Shown piece by piece: positions 24,830-36,900 of a stretch of DNA of 64,000 bases. The stretch's first letter is position 1. Each line of letters opens with the position of its first letter. The notes beneath the pieces were generated by a model that was not told where the DNA came from, did not search any database, and saw only the letters and a list, made by a program, of their open reading frames with translations. Origin of the DNA: Eledone cirrhosa (lineage: Eukaryota); the NCBI GenBank assembly GCA_964016885.1, contig OZ024742.1, positions 215,574,001-215,638,000 on the forward strand, in the 5' to 3' direction. Position numbers and translations under genes: made by a program.

Positions 24830-27080
24830 TGTGTTGTTGGTGATAGTTAGATAGTTGGTGGAGTGGTGTTTGTAGTGGTGTGTTGTTGGTGATAGTGAGA
24901 CAGATGGTGTAGTGGTGTTTGGAGTGGTGTTTGTAGTGGTGTGTTGTTGGTGATAGTTAGATAGTTGGTAAAGTGGTGTTTGTAGTGGTGTGTTGTTGCT
25001 GATAGTTAGATCGTTGGTGGAGTGGTGTTTGTAGTGGTGTGTTGTTGGTGATAGTTAGATAGTTGGTGGAGTGGTGTTTGTAGTAGTGTGTTGTTGCTGA
25101 TAGTTAGATAGTTGGTGGAGTGGTGTTTGTAGTGGTGTGTTGTTGCTGATAGTTAGATAGTTGGTGGAGTGGTGTTTGTAGTGGTTTGTTGTTGGTGATA
25201 GTTAGATAGTTGGTGGAGTGTTGTTTGTAGTGGTGTGGTGTTGGTGATAGTTAGATAGATGGTGGAGTGTTGTTTATAGTGGTGTGTTGTTGGTACAGTT
25301 AGATAGTTGGTGGAGTGGTGTTTGTAGTGGTGTGTTGTTGCTGATAGTTAGATAGTTGGTGGAGTGGTGTTTGTAGTGGTGTGTTGTTGGTGATATTTAG
25401 ATAGTTAGTGGAGTGGTGTTTGTAGTGATGTGTTGTTGCTGATAGTTAGATAGTTGGTGGAGTGGTGTTAGTAGTAGTGTGTTGTTGGTGATAGTTAGAT
25501 AGATGGTGGAGTGGTGTTTGTAGTGTTGTGTTGTTTCTGATAGTTAGATAGTTGGTGGAGTGGTGTTTGTAGTGGTGTGTTGTTGGTGATAGTTAAATAG
25601 ATGGTGAAGTGGTGTTTGTAGTGGTGTGTTGTTGCTGATAGTTAGATAGTTGGTGGAGTGGTGTTTGTAGTGGTGTGCTGTTGGTGATAGTTAGATAGAA
25701 GGTAGAGTGGTGTTTGTAGTGGTGTGTTGTTGGTGATAGTTAGATAGTTGGTGGAGTGTTGTTTGTAGTGGTGTGTTGTCGGTGATAGTTAGATAGATGG
25801 TGGAGTGGTGTTTGTAGTGGTGTGTTGTCGGTGATAGTTAGATAGTTGGTGGAGTGGTTTTTTAGTGGTGTGTTGTTGGTGATAGTTAGATAGTTGGTGG
25901 AGTGGTTTTTGTAGTCGTTTGTTGTTTCTGATAGTTAGATAGATGGTGGAGTGGAGTGGTGTTTGTAGTGATGTGTTGTTGGTGATTGTTAGATAGTTAG
26001 TGGAGTGGTGTTTGAGGTGGTGTGCTCTTTGTGATAGTTAGATAGTTGGTGGAGTGGTGTTTGTAGTGGTGTGTTGTTGGTCATAGTTAGATAGTTGGTG
26101 GAGTGGTGTTTATATTGGTGTGTTGTTGGTGATAGTTAGATAGATGGTGGAGTGGTGTTTGTAGTGGTGTGTTGTCGGTGATAGTTAGATAGATGGTGGA
26201 GTGGTGTTTGTAGTGATGTGTTGTTGGTGATAGTTAGATAGTTGGTGGAGTGGTGTTTGTAGTGGTGTGTTGTTGCTGATAGTTAGATAGTTGGTGGAGT
26301 GGTGTTTATAGTGGTGTGTTGTTGGTGGTAGTTAGATAGTTGGTGGAGTGGTGTTTGTAGTGGTTTGTTGTTGGTGATAGTTAGATAGTTGTTGGAATGG
26401 TGTTTGTAGTTGGGTGTTGTTGGTGATAGTTAGATAGTTGGTGGAGTGGTGTTTGTAGAGGTGTGTTGTTGGTGATAGTTAGATAGTTGGTGCACTGGTG
26501 TTTGTAGTGGTGTGTTGTTGGTGATAGTTAGATAGTTGGTGCAGTGGTGTTTGTAGTGGTGTGTTGTTGGTGATAGTTAGATAGTTGGTGGAGTGGTGTT
26601 TGTAGTGGTGTGTTGTTGGTGATAGTAGATAGATGGTGGAGTAGTGTGTGTAGTGATGTGTTGTTGGTGATAGTTAGATAGTTAGTGGAATGGTGTTTGT
26701 AGTAGTGTGTTGTTGGTGATAGTTAGATAGTTAGTGGAGTGGTGTTCTAGTGGTGTGTTGTTGGTGATAGTTAGATAGTTGGTGGAGTGGTGTTTGTAGA
26801 GGTGTGTTGTTTCTGATATTTAGATAGTTGGTGGAGTGGTGTTTGTAGTGGTGTCATGTTGCTGATAGTTAGATAGTTGGTGAAGTGGTGTTTGTAGTGG
26901 TTTGTTGTTGGTGATAGTTAGATAGTTGGTGGAGTGGTGTTTATAGAGGTGTGTTGTTGGTGATAGTTAGATAGTTGGTGAAGTGGTGTTTGTAGTGGTG
27001 TGTTGTTGGTGATAGTTAGATAGTTGGTGGAGTGGTGTTTGTAGAGGTGTGTTGTTGGTGATAGTTAGATAGTTGGTGGA
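24830..27080 (+). repeat. Long-range copy of about 13,150-15,450 (offset about 11.6 kb)
   Basis: The C of GAGACAGATGGTGTAG is at 13232/24901 (offset 11669). TTTGAGGTGGTGTGCTCTTT is at 14391/26011 and GGTGTTCTAG at 15121/26741 (offset 11620). The 5-bp GTGGA duplication near 14330/25950 is shared. Confidence 0.9.
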
Positions 27081-30000
27081 GTGGTGTTTGTAGTGGTGTG
27101 TTGTTGGTGATAGTTAGATAGTTGGTGGAGTGGTGTTTGTAGAGGTGTGTTGTTGGTGATAGTGAGATAGATGGTGGAGTGGTGTTTGTAGTGGTGTGTT
27201 GTTGCCGATAGTCAGATAGATGTTGGAGTGGTGTTTGTAGTGGTGTGTTGTTGGTGATAGTTAGATAGTTGGTAAAGTTGTGTTTGTAGTGGTGTGTTGT
27301 TGCTGATAAATAGATAGTTGGTGGAGTGGTGTTTGTAGTGGTGTGTTGTTGGTGATTGTGAGATAGATGGTGGAGTGGTGTTTGTAGTGGTGTGTTGTTG
27401 GTGATAGATAGATAGTTGGTTGAGTGGTGTTTGGAGTGGTGTTTGTAGTGGTGTGTTGTTGCAGATAGTTAGATAGATGGTGGAGTGGTGTTTGTAGTGG
27501 TGTGGTGTTGCTGATAGTTAGATAGTTGGTGGAGTGCTGTTTGTAGTGGTGTGTTGTTGCAGATAGTTAGATAGTTGGTGGAGTGGTGTTTGTAGTGGTG
27601 TGTTGTTGCAGATAGTTAGATAGATGTTGGAGTGGTGTTTGTAGTGGTGTGTTGTTGGTGATAGTTAGATAGTTGGTGGAGTGCTGTTTGTAGTGGTATG
27701 TTGTTGGTGATAGTTAGATAGTTGGTGGAGTGGTGTTTGTAATGGTGTGTTGTTGCTGATAGTTAGATAGATGGTGGAGTGGTGTTTGTAGTGGTGTGTT
27801 GTTGCTGATAGTTAGATAGTTGGTGGAGTGGTGTTTGTAGTTGTGTGTTGTTGGTGATAGTTAGATAGATGGTGGAGTGGTGTTTGTAGTGGTGTGTTGT
27901 TGCTGATAGTTAGATAGATGGTGGAATGGTGTTTGTAGTGGTGTGTTGTTGCTGATAGTTAGATAGATGGTGGAGTGGTGTTTGTAGTGGTGTGTTGTTG
28001 GTGATAGTTAGATAGTTGGTGGAGTGATGTTTGTAGTGGTTTGTTGTTGGTGATAGTTAGATAGTTGTTGGAATGGTGTTTGTAGTTGTGTGTTGTTGGT
28101 GATAGTTAGATAGTTGGTGGAGTGGTGTTTGTAGTGGTGTGTTGTTGCTGATAGTAAGATAGATGGTGGAGTGGTGTTTGTAGTGGTGTGTTGTTGCTGA
28201 TAGTGAGATAGATGTTGGAGTGGTGCTTGTAGTGGTGTGTTGTTGGTGATAGTTAGATAGCTGGTGGAGTGCTGTTTGTAGTGGTGTGTTGTTGCTGATA
28301 GTTAGAAAGTTGTTGGAGTGGTGTTTGTAGTGGTGTGTTGTTGCTGATATTTAGATAGTTAGTGGAGTGGTGTTTGTAGTGGTGTGTTGTTACTGATAGT
28401 TAGATAGTTGATGGAGTGGTGTTTGTAGTGGTGTGTTGTTGCTGATAGTTAGATAGTTGGTGGAGTGGTGTTTGTAGTGGTGTGTTGTTGGTGATAGTTA
28501 GATAGTTGGTGGAGTGGTGTTTGTAGTGGTGCGTTGTTAGTGGTAGTTCGATAGATTGTGGAGTGGTGTTTGTAGTGGTGTGTTGTTGCTGATAGTTAGA
28601 TAGATGGTGGAGTGGTGTTTTTAGTGGTGTGGTGTTGCTGATAGTTAGATAGATGGTGGAGTGGTGTTTGTAGAGGTGTGGTGTTGCTGATAGTTAGATA
28701 GTTGGTGGAGTGGTGTTTGTAGTGGTGTGGTGTTGGTGATAGTTAGATAGTTGGTGGAGTGCTGTTTGTAGTGGTGTGTTGTTGCAGATAGTTAGATAGT
28801 TGGTGGAGTGGTGTTTGTAGTGGTGTGTTGTTGCTGATAGTTAGATATATGGTGGAGTGGTGTTTGTAGTGGTGTGTTGTTGGTGATAGTTAGATTGTTG
28901 GTGGAGTGGTGTTTGTAGTGGTGTGTTGTTGGTGATAGTTAGATAGATGGTGGAGTGGTGTTTGTAGTGGTGTGTTGTTGGTGATAGTTAGATAGTTGGT
29001 GGAGTGCTGTTTGTAGTGGTATGTTGTTGGTGATAGTTAGATAGTTGGTGGAGTGGTGTTTGTAAGGGTGTGTTGTTGCTGATAGTTAGATAGATGGTGG
29101 AGTGGTGTTTGTAGTGGTGTGTTGTTGGTGATAGTTAGATAGATGGTGGAGTGGTGTTTGTAGTGGTGTGTTGTTGCTGATAGTTAGATAGTTGGTGGAA
29201 TGGTGTTTGTAGTTGTGTGTTGTTGGTGATAGTTAGATAGTTGGTGGAGTGGTGTTTGTAGTGGTGTGTTGTTGGTGATAGTTAGATAGTTGGTGCAGTG
29301 GTGTTTGTAGTGGTGTGTTGTCGGTGATAGTTAGATAGATGGTGGAGTGGTGTTTGTAGTGATGTGTTGTTGGTGATAGTTAGATAGTTGGTGGAGTGGT
29401 GTTTGTAGTGGTGTGTTGTTGCTGATAGTTAGATAGTTGGTGGAGTGGTGTTTATAATGGTGTGTTGTTGGTGGTAGTTAGATAGTTGGTGGAGTGGTGT
29501 TTGTAGTGGTTTGTTGTTGGTGATAGTTAGATAGTTGTTGGAATGGTGTTTGTAGTTGGGTGTTGTTGGTGATAGTTAGATAGTTGGTGGAGTGGTGTTT
29601 GTAGAGGTGTGTTGTTGGTGATAGTTAGATAGTTGGTGCACTGGTGTTTGTAGTGGTGTGTTGTTGGTGATAGTTAGATAGTTGGTGCAGTGGCATTTGT
29701 AGTGGTGTGTTGTTGGTGATAGTTAGATAGTTGGTGGAGTGGTGTTTGTAGTGGTGTGTTGTTGCTGATAGTGAGATAGATGGTGGAGTGGTGTGTTGTT
29801 GCTGATAGTGAGATAGATGATGGAGTGGTGTTTGTAGTGGTGTGTTGTTGGTGATAGTAGATAGATGGTGGAGTAGTGTGTGTAGTGATGTGTTGTTGGT
29901 GATAGTTAGATAGTTAGTGGAATGGTGTTTGTAGTGGTGTGTTGTTGGTGATAGTTAGATAGTTAGTGGAGTGGTGTTCTAGTGGTGTGTTGTTGGTGAT

Positions 30001-32620
30001 AGTTAGATAGTTGGTGGAGTGGTGTTTGTAGAGGTGTGTTGTTTCTGATAGTTAGATAGTTGGTGGAGTGGTGTTTGTAGTGGTGTCATGTTGCTGATAG
30101 TTAGATAGTTGGTGAAGTGGTGTTTGTAGTGGTTTGTTGTTGGTGATAGTTAGATAGTTGGTGGAGTGGTGTTTATAGAGGTGTGTTGTTGGTGATAGTT
30201 AGATAGTTGGTGAAGTGGTGTTTGTAGTGGTGTGTTGTTGGTGATAGTTAGATAGTTGGTGGAGTGGTGTTTGTAGAGGTGTGTTGTTGGTGATAGTTAG
30301 ATAGTTGGTGGAGTGGTGTTTGTAGTGGTGTGTTGTTGGTGATAGTTAGATAGTTGGTGGAGTGGTGTTTGTAGAGGTGTGTTGTTGGTGATAGTGAGAT
30401 AGATGGTGGAGTGGTGTTTGTAGTGGTGTGTTGTTGCCGATAGTCAGATAGATGTTGGAGTGGTGTTTGTAGTGGTGTGTTGTTGGTGATAGTTAGATAG
30501 TTGGTAAAGTTGTGTTTGTAGTGGTGTGTTGTTGCTGATAAATAGATAGTTGGTGGAGTGGTGTTTGTAGTGGTGTGTTGTTGTTGATTGTGAGATAGAT
30601 GGTGGAGTGGTGTTTGTAGTGGTGTGTTGTTGGTGATAGATAGATAGTTGGTTGAGTGGTGTTTGGAGTGGTGTTTGTAGTGGTGTGTTGTTGCAGATAG
30701 TTAGATAGTTGGTGGAGTGGTGTTTGGAGTGGTGTTTGTAGTGGTGTGTTGTTGCAGATAGTTAGATAGATGGTGGAGTGGTGTTTGTAGTGGTGTGGTG
30801 TTGCTGATAGTTAGATAGTTGGTGGAGTGCTGTTTGTAGTGGTGTGTTGTTGCAGATAGTTAGATAGTTGGTGGAGTGGTGTTTGTAGTGGTGTGTTGTT
30901 GCAGATAGTTAGATAGATGTTGGAGTGGTGTTTGTAGTGGTGTGTTGTTGGTGATAGTTAGATAGTTGGTGGAGTGCTGTTTGTAGTGGTATGTTGTTGG
31001 TGATAGTTAGATAGTTGGTGGAGTGGTGTTTGTAATGGTGTGTTGTTGCTGATAGTTAGATAGATGGTGGAGTGGTGTTTGTAGTGGTGTGTTGTTGCTG
31101 ATAGTTAGATAGTTGGTGGAGTGGTGTTTGTAGTTGTGTGTTGTTGGTGATAGTTAGATAGATGGTGGAGTGGTGTTTGTAGTGGTGTGTTGTTGCTGAT
31201 AGTTAGATAGATGGTGGAATGGTGTTTGTAGTGGTGTGTTGTTGCTGATAGTTAGATAGATGGTGGAGTGGTGTTTGTAGTGGTGTGTTGTTGGTGATAG
31301 TTAGATAGTTGGTGGAGTGATGTTTGTAGTGGTTTGTTGTTGGTGATAGTTAGATAGTTGTTGGAATGGTGTTTGTAGTTGTGTGTTGTTGGTGATAGTT
31401 AGATAGTTGGTGGAGTGGTGTTTGTAGTGGTGTGTTGTTGCTGATAGTAAGATAGATGGTGGAGTGGTGTTTGTAGTGGTGTGTTGTTGCTGATAGTGAG
31501 ATAGATGTTGGAGTGGTGCTTGTAGTGGTGTGTTGTTGGTGATAGTTAGATAGCTGGTGGAGTGCTGTTTGTAGTGGTGTGTTGTTGCTGATAGTTAGAA
31601 AGTTGTTGGAGTGGTGTTTGTAGTGGTGTGTTGTTGCTGATATTTAGATAGTTAGTGGAGTGGTGTTTGTAGTGGTGTGTTGTTACTGATAGTTAGATAG
31701 TTGATGGAGTGGTGTTTGTAGTGGTGTGTTGTTGCTGATAGTTAGATAGTTGGTGGAGTGGTGTTTGTAGTGGTGTGTTGTTGGTGATAGTTAGATAGTT
31801 GGTGGAGTGGTGTTTGTAGTGGTGCGTTGTTAGTGGTAGTTCGATAGATTGTGGAGTGGTGTTTGTAGTGGTGTGTTGTTGCTGATAGTTAGATAGATGG
31901 TGGAGTGGTGTTTTTAGTGGTGTGGTGTTGCTGATAGTTAGATAGATGGTGGAGTGGTGTTTGTAGAGGTGTGGTGTTGCTGATAGTTAGATAGTTGGTG
32001 GAGTGGTGTTTGTAGTGGTGTGGTGTTGGTGATAGTTAGATAGTTGGTGGAGTGCTGTTTGTAGTGGTGTGTTGTTGCAGATAGTTAGATAGTTGGTGGA
32101 GTGGTGTTTGTAGTGGTGTGTTGTTGCTGATAGTTAGATAGATGGTGGAGTGGTGTTTGTAGTGGTGTGTTGTTGGTGATAGTTAGATTGTTGGTGGAGT
32201 GGTGTTTGTAGTGGTGTGTTGTTGGTGATAGTTAGATAGATGGTGGAGTGGTGTTTGTAGTGGTGTGTTGTTGGTGATAGTTAGATAGTTGGTGGAGTGC
32301 TGTTTGTAGTGGTATGTTGTTGGTGATAGTTAGATAGTTGGTGGAGTGGTGTTTGTAAGGGTGTGTTGTTGCTGATAGTTAGATAGATGGTGGAGTGGTG
32401 TTTGTAGTGGTGTGTTGTTGCTGATAGTTAGATAGTTGGTGGAGTGGTGTTTGTAGTGGTGTGTTGTTGGTGATAGTTAGATAGATGGTGGAGTGGTGTT
32501 TGTAGTGGTGTGTTGTTGCTGATAGTTAGATAGTTGGTGGAATGGTGTTTGTAGTTGTGTGTTGTTGGTGATAGTTAGATAGTTGGTGGAGTGGTGTTTG
32601 TAGTGGTGTGTTGTTGGTGA
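26170..32620 (+). repeat. Imperfect tandem higher-order duplication, period about 3.15-3.3 kb
   Basis: The C of TGCACTGG is at 26493/29639 (3146), the C of GTTCTAG at 26747/29979 (3232), and the C of GGTGCTTG at 28226/31519 (3293). The offset steps of 86 (49+37) and 61 match gain or loss of whole monomers. Confidence 0.88.
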
Positions 32621-33905
32621 TAGTTAGATAGTTGTTGGAATGGTGTTTGTAGTTGTGTGTTGTTGGTGATAGTTAGATAGTTGGTGGAGTGGTGTTTGTA
32701 GTGGTGTGTTGTTGCTGATAGTAAGATAGATGGTGGAGTGGTGTTTGTAGTGGTGTGTTGTTGCTGATAGTGAGATAGATGTTGGAGTGGTGCTTGTAGT
32801 GGTGTGTTGTTGGTGATAGTTAGATAGCTGGTGGAGTGCTGTTTGTAGTGGTGTGTTGTTGCTGATAGTTAGAAAGTTGTTGGAGTGGTGTTTGTAGTGG
32901 TGTGTTGTTGCTGATATTTAGATAGTTAGTGGAGTGGTGTTTGTAGTGGTGTGTTGTTACTGATAGTTAGATAGTTGATGGAGTGGTGTTTGTAGTGGTG
33001 TGTTGTTGCTGATAGTTAGATAGTTGGTGGAGTGGTGTTTGTAGTGGTGTGTTGTTGGTGATAGTTAGATAGTTGGTGGAGTGGTGTTTGTAGTGGTGCG
33101 TTGTTAGTGGTAGTTCGATAGATTGTGGAGTGGTGTTTGTAGTGGTGTGTTGTTGCTGATAGTTAGATAGATGGTGGAGTGGTGTTTTTAGTGGTGTGGT
33201 GTTGCTGATAGTTAGATAGATGGTGGAGTGGTGTTTGTAGAGGTGTGGTGTTGCTGATAGTTAGATAGTTGGTGGAGTGGTGTTTGTAGTGGTGTGGTGT
33301 TGGTGATAGTTAGATAGTTGGTGGAGTGCTGTTTGTAGTGGTGTGTTGTTGCAGATAGTTAGATAGTTGGTGGAGTGGTGTTTGTAGTGGTGTGTTGTTG
33401 CTGATAGTTAGATAGATGGTGGAGTGGTGTTTGTAGTGGTGTGTTGTTGGTGATAGTTAGATTGTTGGTGGAGTGGTGTTTGTAGTGGTGTGTTGTTGGT
33501 GATAGTTAGATAGATGGTGGAGTGGTGTTTGTAGTGGTGTGTTGTTGGTGATAGTTAGATAGTTGGTGGAGTGCTGTTTGTAGTGGTATGTTGTTGGTGA
33601 TAGTTAGATAGTTGGTGGAGTGGTGTTTGTAAGGGTGTGTTGTTGCTGATAGTTAGATAGATGGTGGAGTGGTGTTTGTAGTGGTGTGTTGTTGCTGATA
33701 GTTAGATAGTTGGTGGAGTGGTGTTTGTAGTGGTGTGTTGTTGGTGATAGTTAGATAGATGGTGGAGTGGTGTTTGTAGTGGTGTGTTGTTGCTGATAGT
33801 TAGATAGTTGGTGGAATGGTGTTTGTAGTTGTGTGTTGTTGGTGATAGTTAGATAGTTGGTGGAGTGGTGTTTGTAGTGGTGTGTTGTTGGTGATAGTTA
33901 GATAG
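31335..33905 (+). repeat. Tandem duplication, period 1274 bp (26 monomers)
   Basis: The C of GGTGCTTG is at 31519/32793 and GTAAGGG is at 32355/33629. 26x49=1274. Confidence 0.92.
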
Positions 33906-36900
33906 TTGGTGCAGTGGTGTTTGTAGTGGTGTGTTGTTGGTGATAGTTAGATAGTTGGTGGAGTGGTGTTTGTAGTGGTGTGTTGTTGCTGATAGTAAGA
34001 TAGATGGTGGAGTCGTGTTTGTAGTGGTGTGTTGTTGCTGATAGTGAGATAGATGTTGGAGTGGTGTTTGTAGTGGTGTGTTGTTGGTGATAGTTAGATA
34101 GCTGGTGGAGTGCTGTTTGTAGTGGTGTGTTGTTGCTGATAGTTAGATAGTTGTTGGAGTGGTGTTTGTAGTGGTGTGTTGTTGCTGATATTTAGATAGT
34201 TGGTGGAGTGGTGTTTGTAGTGATGTGTTGTTGCTGATAGTTAGATAGTTGATGGAGTGGTGTTTGTAGTGGTGTGTTGTTGCTTATAGTTAGATAGTTG
34301 GCGGAGTGGTGTTTGTAGTGGTGTGTTGTTGGTGATAGTTAAATAGATGGTGGAGTGGTGTTTGTAATGGTGTGTTGTTTGTGATAGTTAGATAGTATGT
34401 GGAGTGGTATTTGTAGTGGTGTGTTGTTGCTGATAGTTAGATAGAGGGTGTAATGGTGTTTGTAGTGGTGTGTTGTTGGTGATAGTTAGATAGTTGGTGG
34501 AGTGGTGTTTGTAGTGGTGCGTTGTAGGTGGTAGTTCGATAGATAGTGGAGTGGCGTTTGTAGTGGTGTGTTGTTGCCGATAGTCAGATAGATGTTGGAG
34601 TGGTGTTTGTAGTGGTGTGTTGTTGGTGATAGTTAGATAGTTGGTAAAGTTGTGTTTGTAGTGGTGTGTTGTTGGTGATAGTTAGATAGTTGGTGGAGTG
34701 GTGTTTGTAGTGGTGTGTTGTTGCTGATAGTGAGATAGATGGTGGAGTGGTGTTTGTAGTGGTGTGTTGTTCCTGATAGTGAGATAGATGCTGGAGTGGT
34801 GTTTGTAGTGGTGTGTTGTTGGTGATAGTTAGATAGTTGGTGGAGTGATGTTTGTAGTGGTGTGTTGTTGCTGACAGTGAGATAGATGGTGGAGTGGTGT
34901 TTATAGTGGTGTGTTGTTGCTGATAGTGAGATAGATGGTGGAGTGGTGTTTGTAGTGGTGTGTTGTTGGTGATAGTAGATAGATGGTGGAGTAGTGTGTG
35001 TAGTGATGTGTTGTTGGTGATAGTTAGATAGTTAGTGGAGTGGTGTTTGTAGTGGTGTGTTGTTGGTGATAGTTAGATAGTTGGTGGAGCGGTGTTTGTA
35101 GTGGTGTATTTTTGGTGATAGTTAGATAGTTGGTGAAGTGGTGTTTGTAGTGGTGTGTTGTTGGTGATAGTTAGATAGTTGGTGGAGTGGTGTTTGTAGA
35201 GGTGTGTTGTTGGTGATAGTTAGATAGTTGGTGGAGTGGTGTTTGTAGTGGTGTGTTGTTGGTGATAGTTAGATAGTTGGTGGAGTGGTGTTTGTAGAGG
35301 TGTGTTGTTGGTGATAGTGAGATAGATGGTGGAGTGGTGTTTGTAGTGGTGTGTTGTTGCCGATAGTCAGATAGATGTTGGAGTGGTGTTTGTAGTGGTG
35401 TGTTGTTGGTGATAGTTAGATAGTTGGTAAAGTTGTGTTTGTAGTGGTGTGTTGTTGATGATAAATAGATAGTTGGTGGAGTGGTGTTTGTAGTGGTGTG
35501 TTGTTGGTGATTGTGAGATAGATGGTGGAGTGGTGTTTGTAGTGGTGTGTTGTTGGTGATAGTTAGATAGTTGGTGGAGTGCTGTTTGTAGTGTTATGTT
35601 GTTGGTGATAGTTAGATAGTTGGTGGAGTGGTGTTTGTAGAGGTGTGTTGTTGGTGATAGTTAGATAGTTGGTGGAGTGGTGTTTGTAGTGGTGTGTTGT
35701 TGGTGATAGTTAGATAGTTGGTGGAGTGGTGTTTGTAGAGGTGTGTTGTTGGTGATAGTGAGATAGATGGTGGAGTGGTGTTTGTAGTGGTGTGTTGTTG
35801 CAGATAGTTAGATAGATGGTGGAGTGGTGTTTGTAGTGGTGTGGTGTTGCTGATAGTTATATAGTTGGTGGAGTGCTGTTTGTAGTGGTGTGTTGTTGCA
35901 GATAGTTAGATAGTTGGTGGAGTGGTGTTTGCAGTGGTGTGTTGTTGCAGATAGTTAGATAGATGTTGGAGTGGTGTTTGTAGTGGTGTGTTGTTGGTGA
36001 TAGTTAGATAGTTGGTGGAGTGCTGTTTGTAGTGTTATGTTGTTGGTGATAGTTAGATAGTTGGTGGAGTGGTGTTTGTAATGGTGTGTTGTTGCTGATA
36101 GTTAGATAGATGGTGGAGTGGTGTTTGTAGTGGTGTGTTGTTGCTGATAGTTAGATAGTTGGTGGAGTGGTGTTTGTAGTTGTGTGTTGTTGGTGATAGT
36201 TAGATAGATGGTGGAGTGGTGTTTGTAGTGGTGTGTTGTTGCTGATAGTTAGATAGATGGTGGAATGGTGTTTGTAGTGGTGTGTTGTTGCTGATAGTTA
36301 GATAGATGGTGGAGTGGTGTTTGTAGTGTTGTGTTGTTGGTGATAGTTAGATAGTTGGTGGAGTGATGTTTGTAGTGGTTTGTTGTTGGTGATAGTTAGA
36401 TAGTTGTTGGAATGGTGTTTGTAGTTGTGTGTTGTTGGTGATAGTTAGATAGTTGGTGGAGTGGTGTTTGTAGTGGTGTGTTGTTGCTGATAGTAAGATA
36501 GATGGTGGAGTGGTGTTTGTAGTGGTGTGTTGTTGCTGATAGTGAGATAGATGTTGGAGTGGTGTTTGTAGTGGTGTGTTGTTGGTGATAGTTAGATAGC
36601 TGGTGGAGTGCTGTTTGTAGTGGTGTGTTGTTGGGGGTAGTTCGATAGATAGTGGAGTGGTGTTTGTAGTGGTGTGTTGTTGCTGATAGTTAGATAGATG
36701 GTGGAGTGGTGTTTTTAGTGGTGTGGTGTTGCTGATAGTTAGATAGATGGTGGAGTGGTGTTTGTAGAGGTGTGGTGTTGCTGATAGTTAGATAGTTGGT
36801 GGAGTGGTGTTTGTAGTGGTGTGGTCTCGGTGATAGTTAGATAGTTGGTGGAGTGCTGTTTGTAGTGGTGTGTTGTTGCAGATAGTTAGATAGTTGGTGG

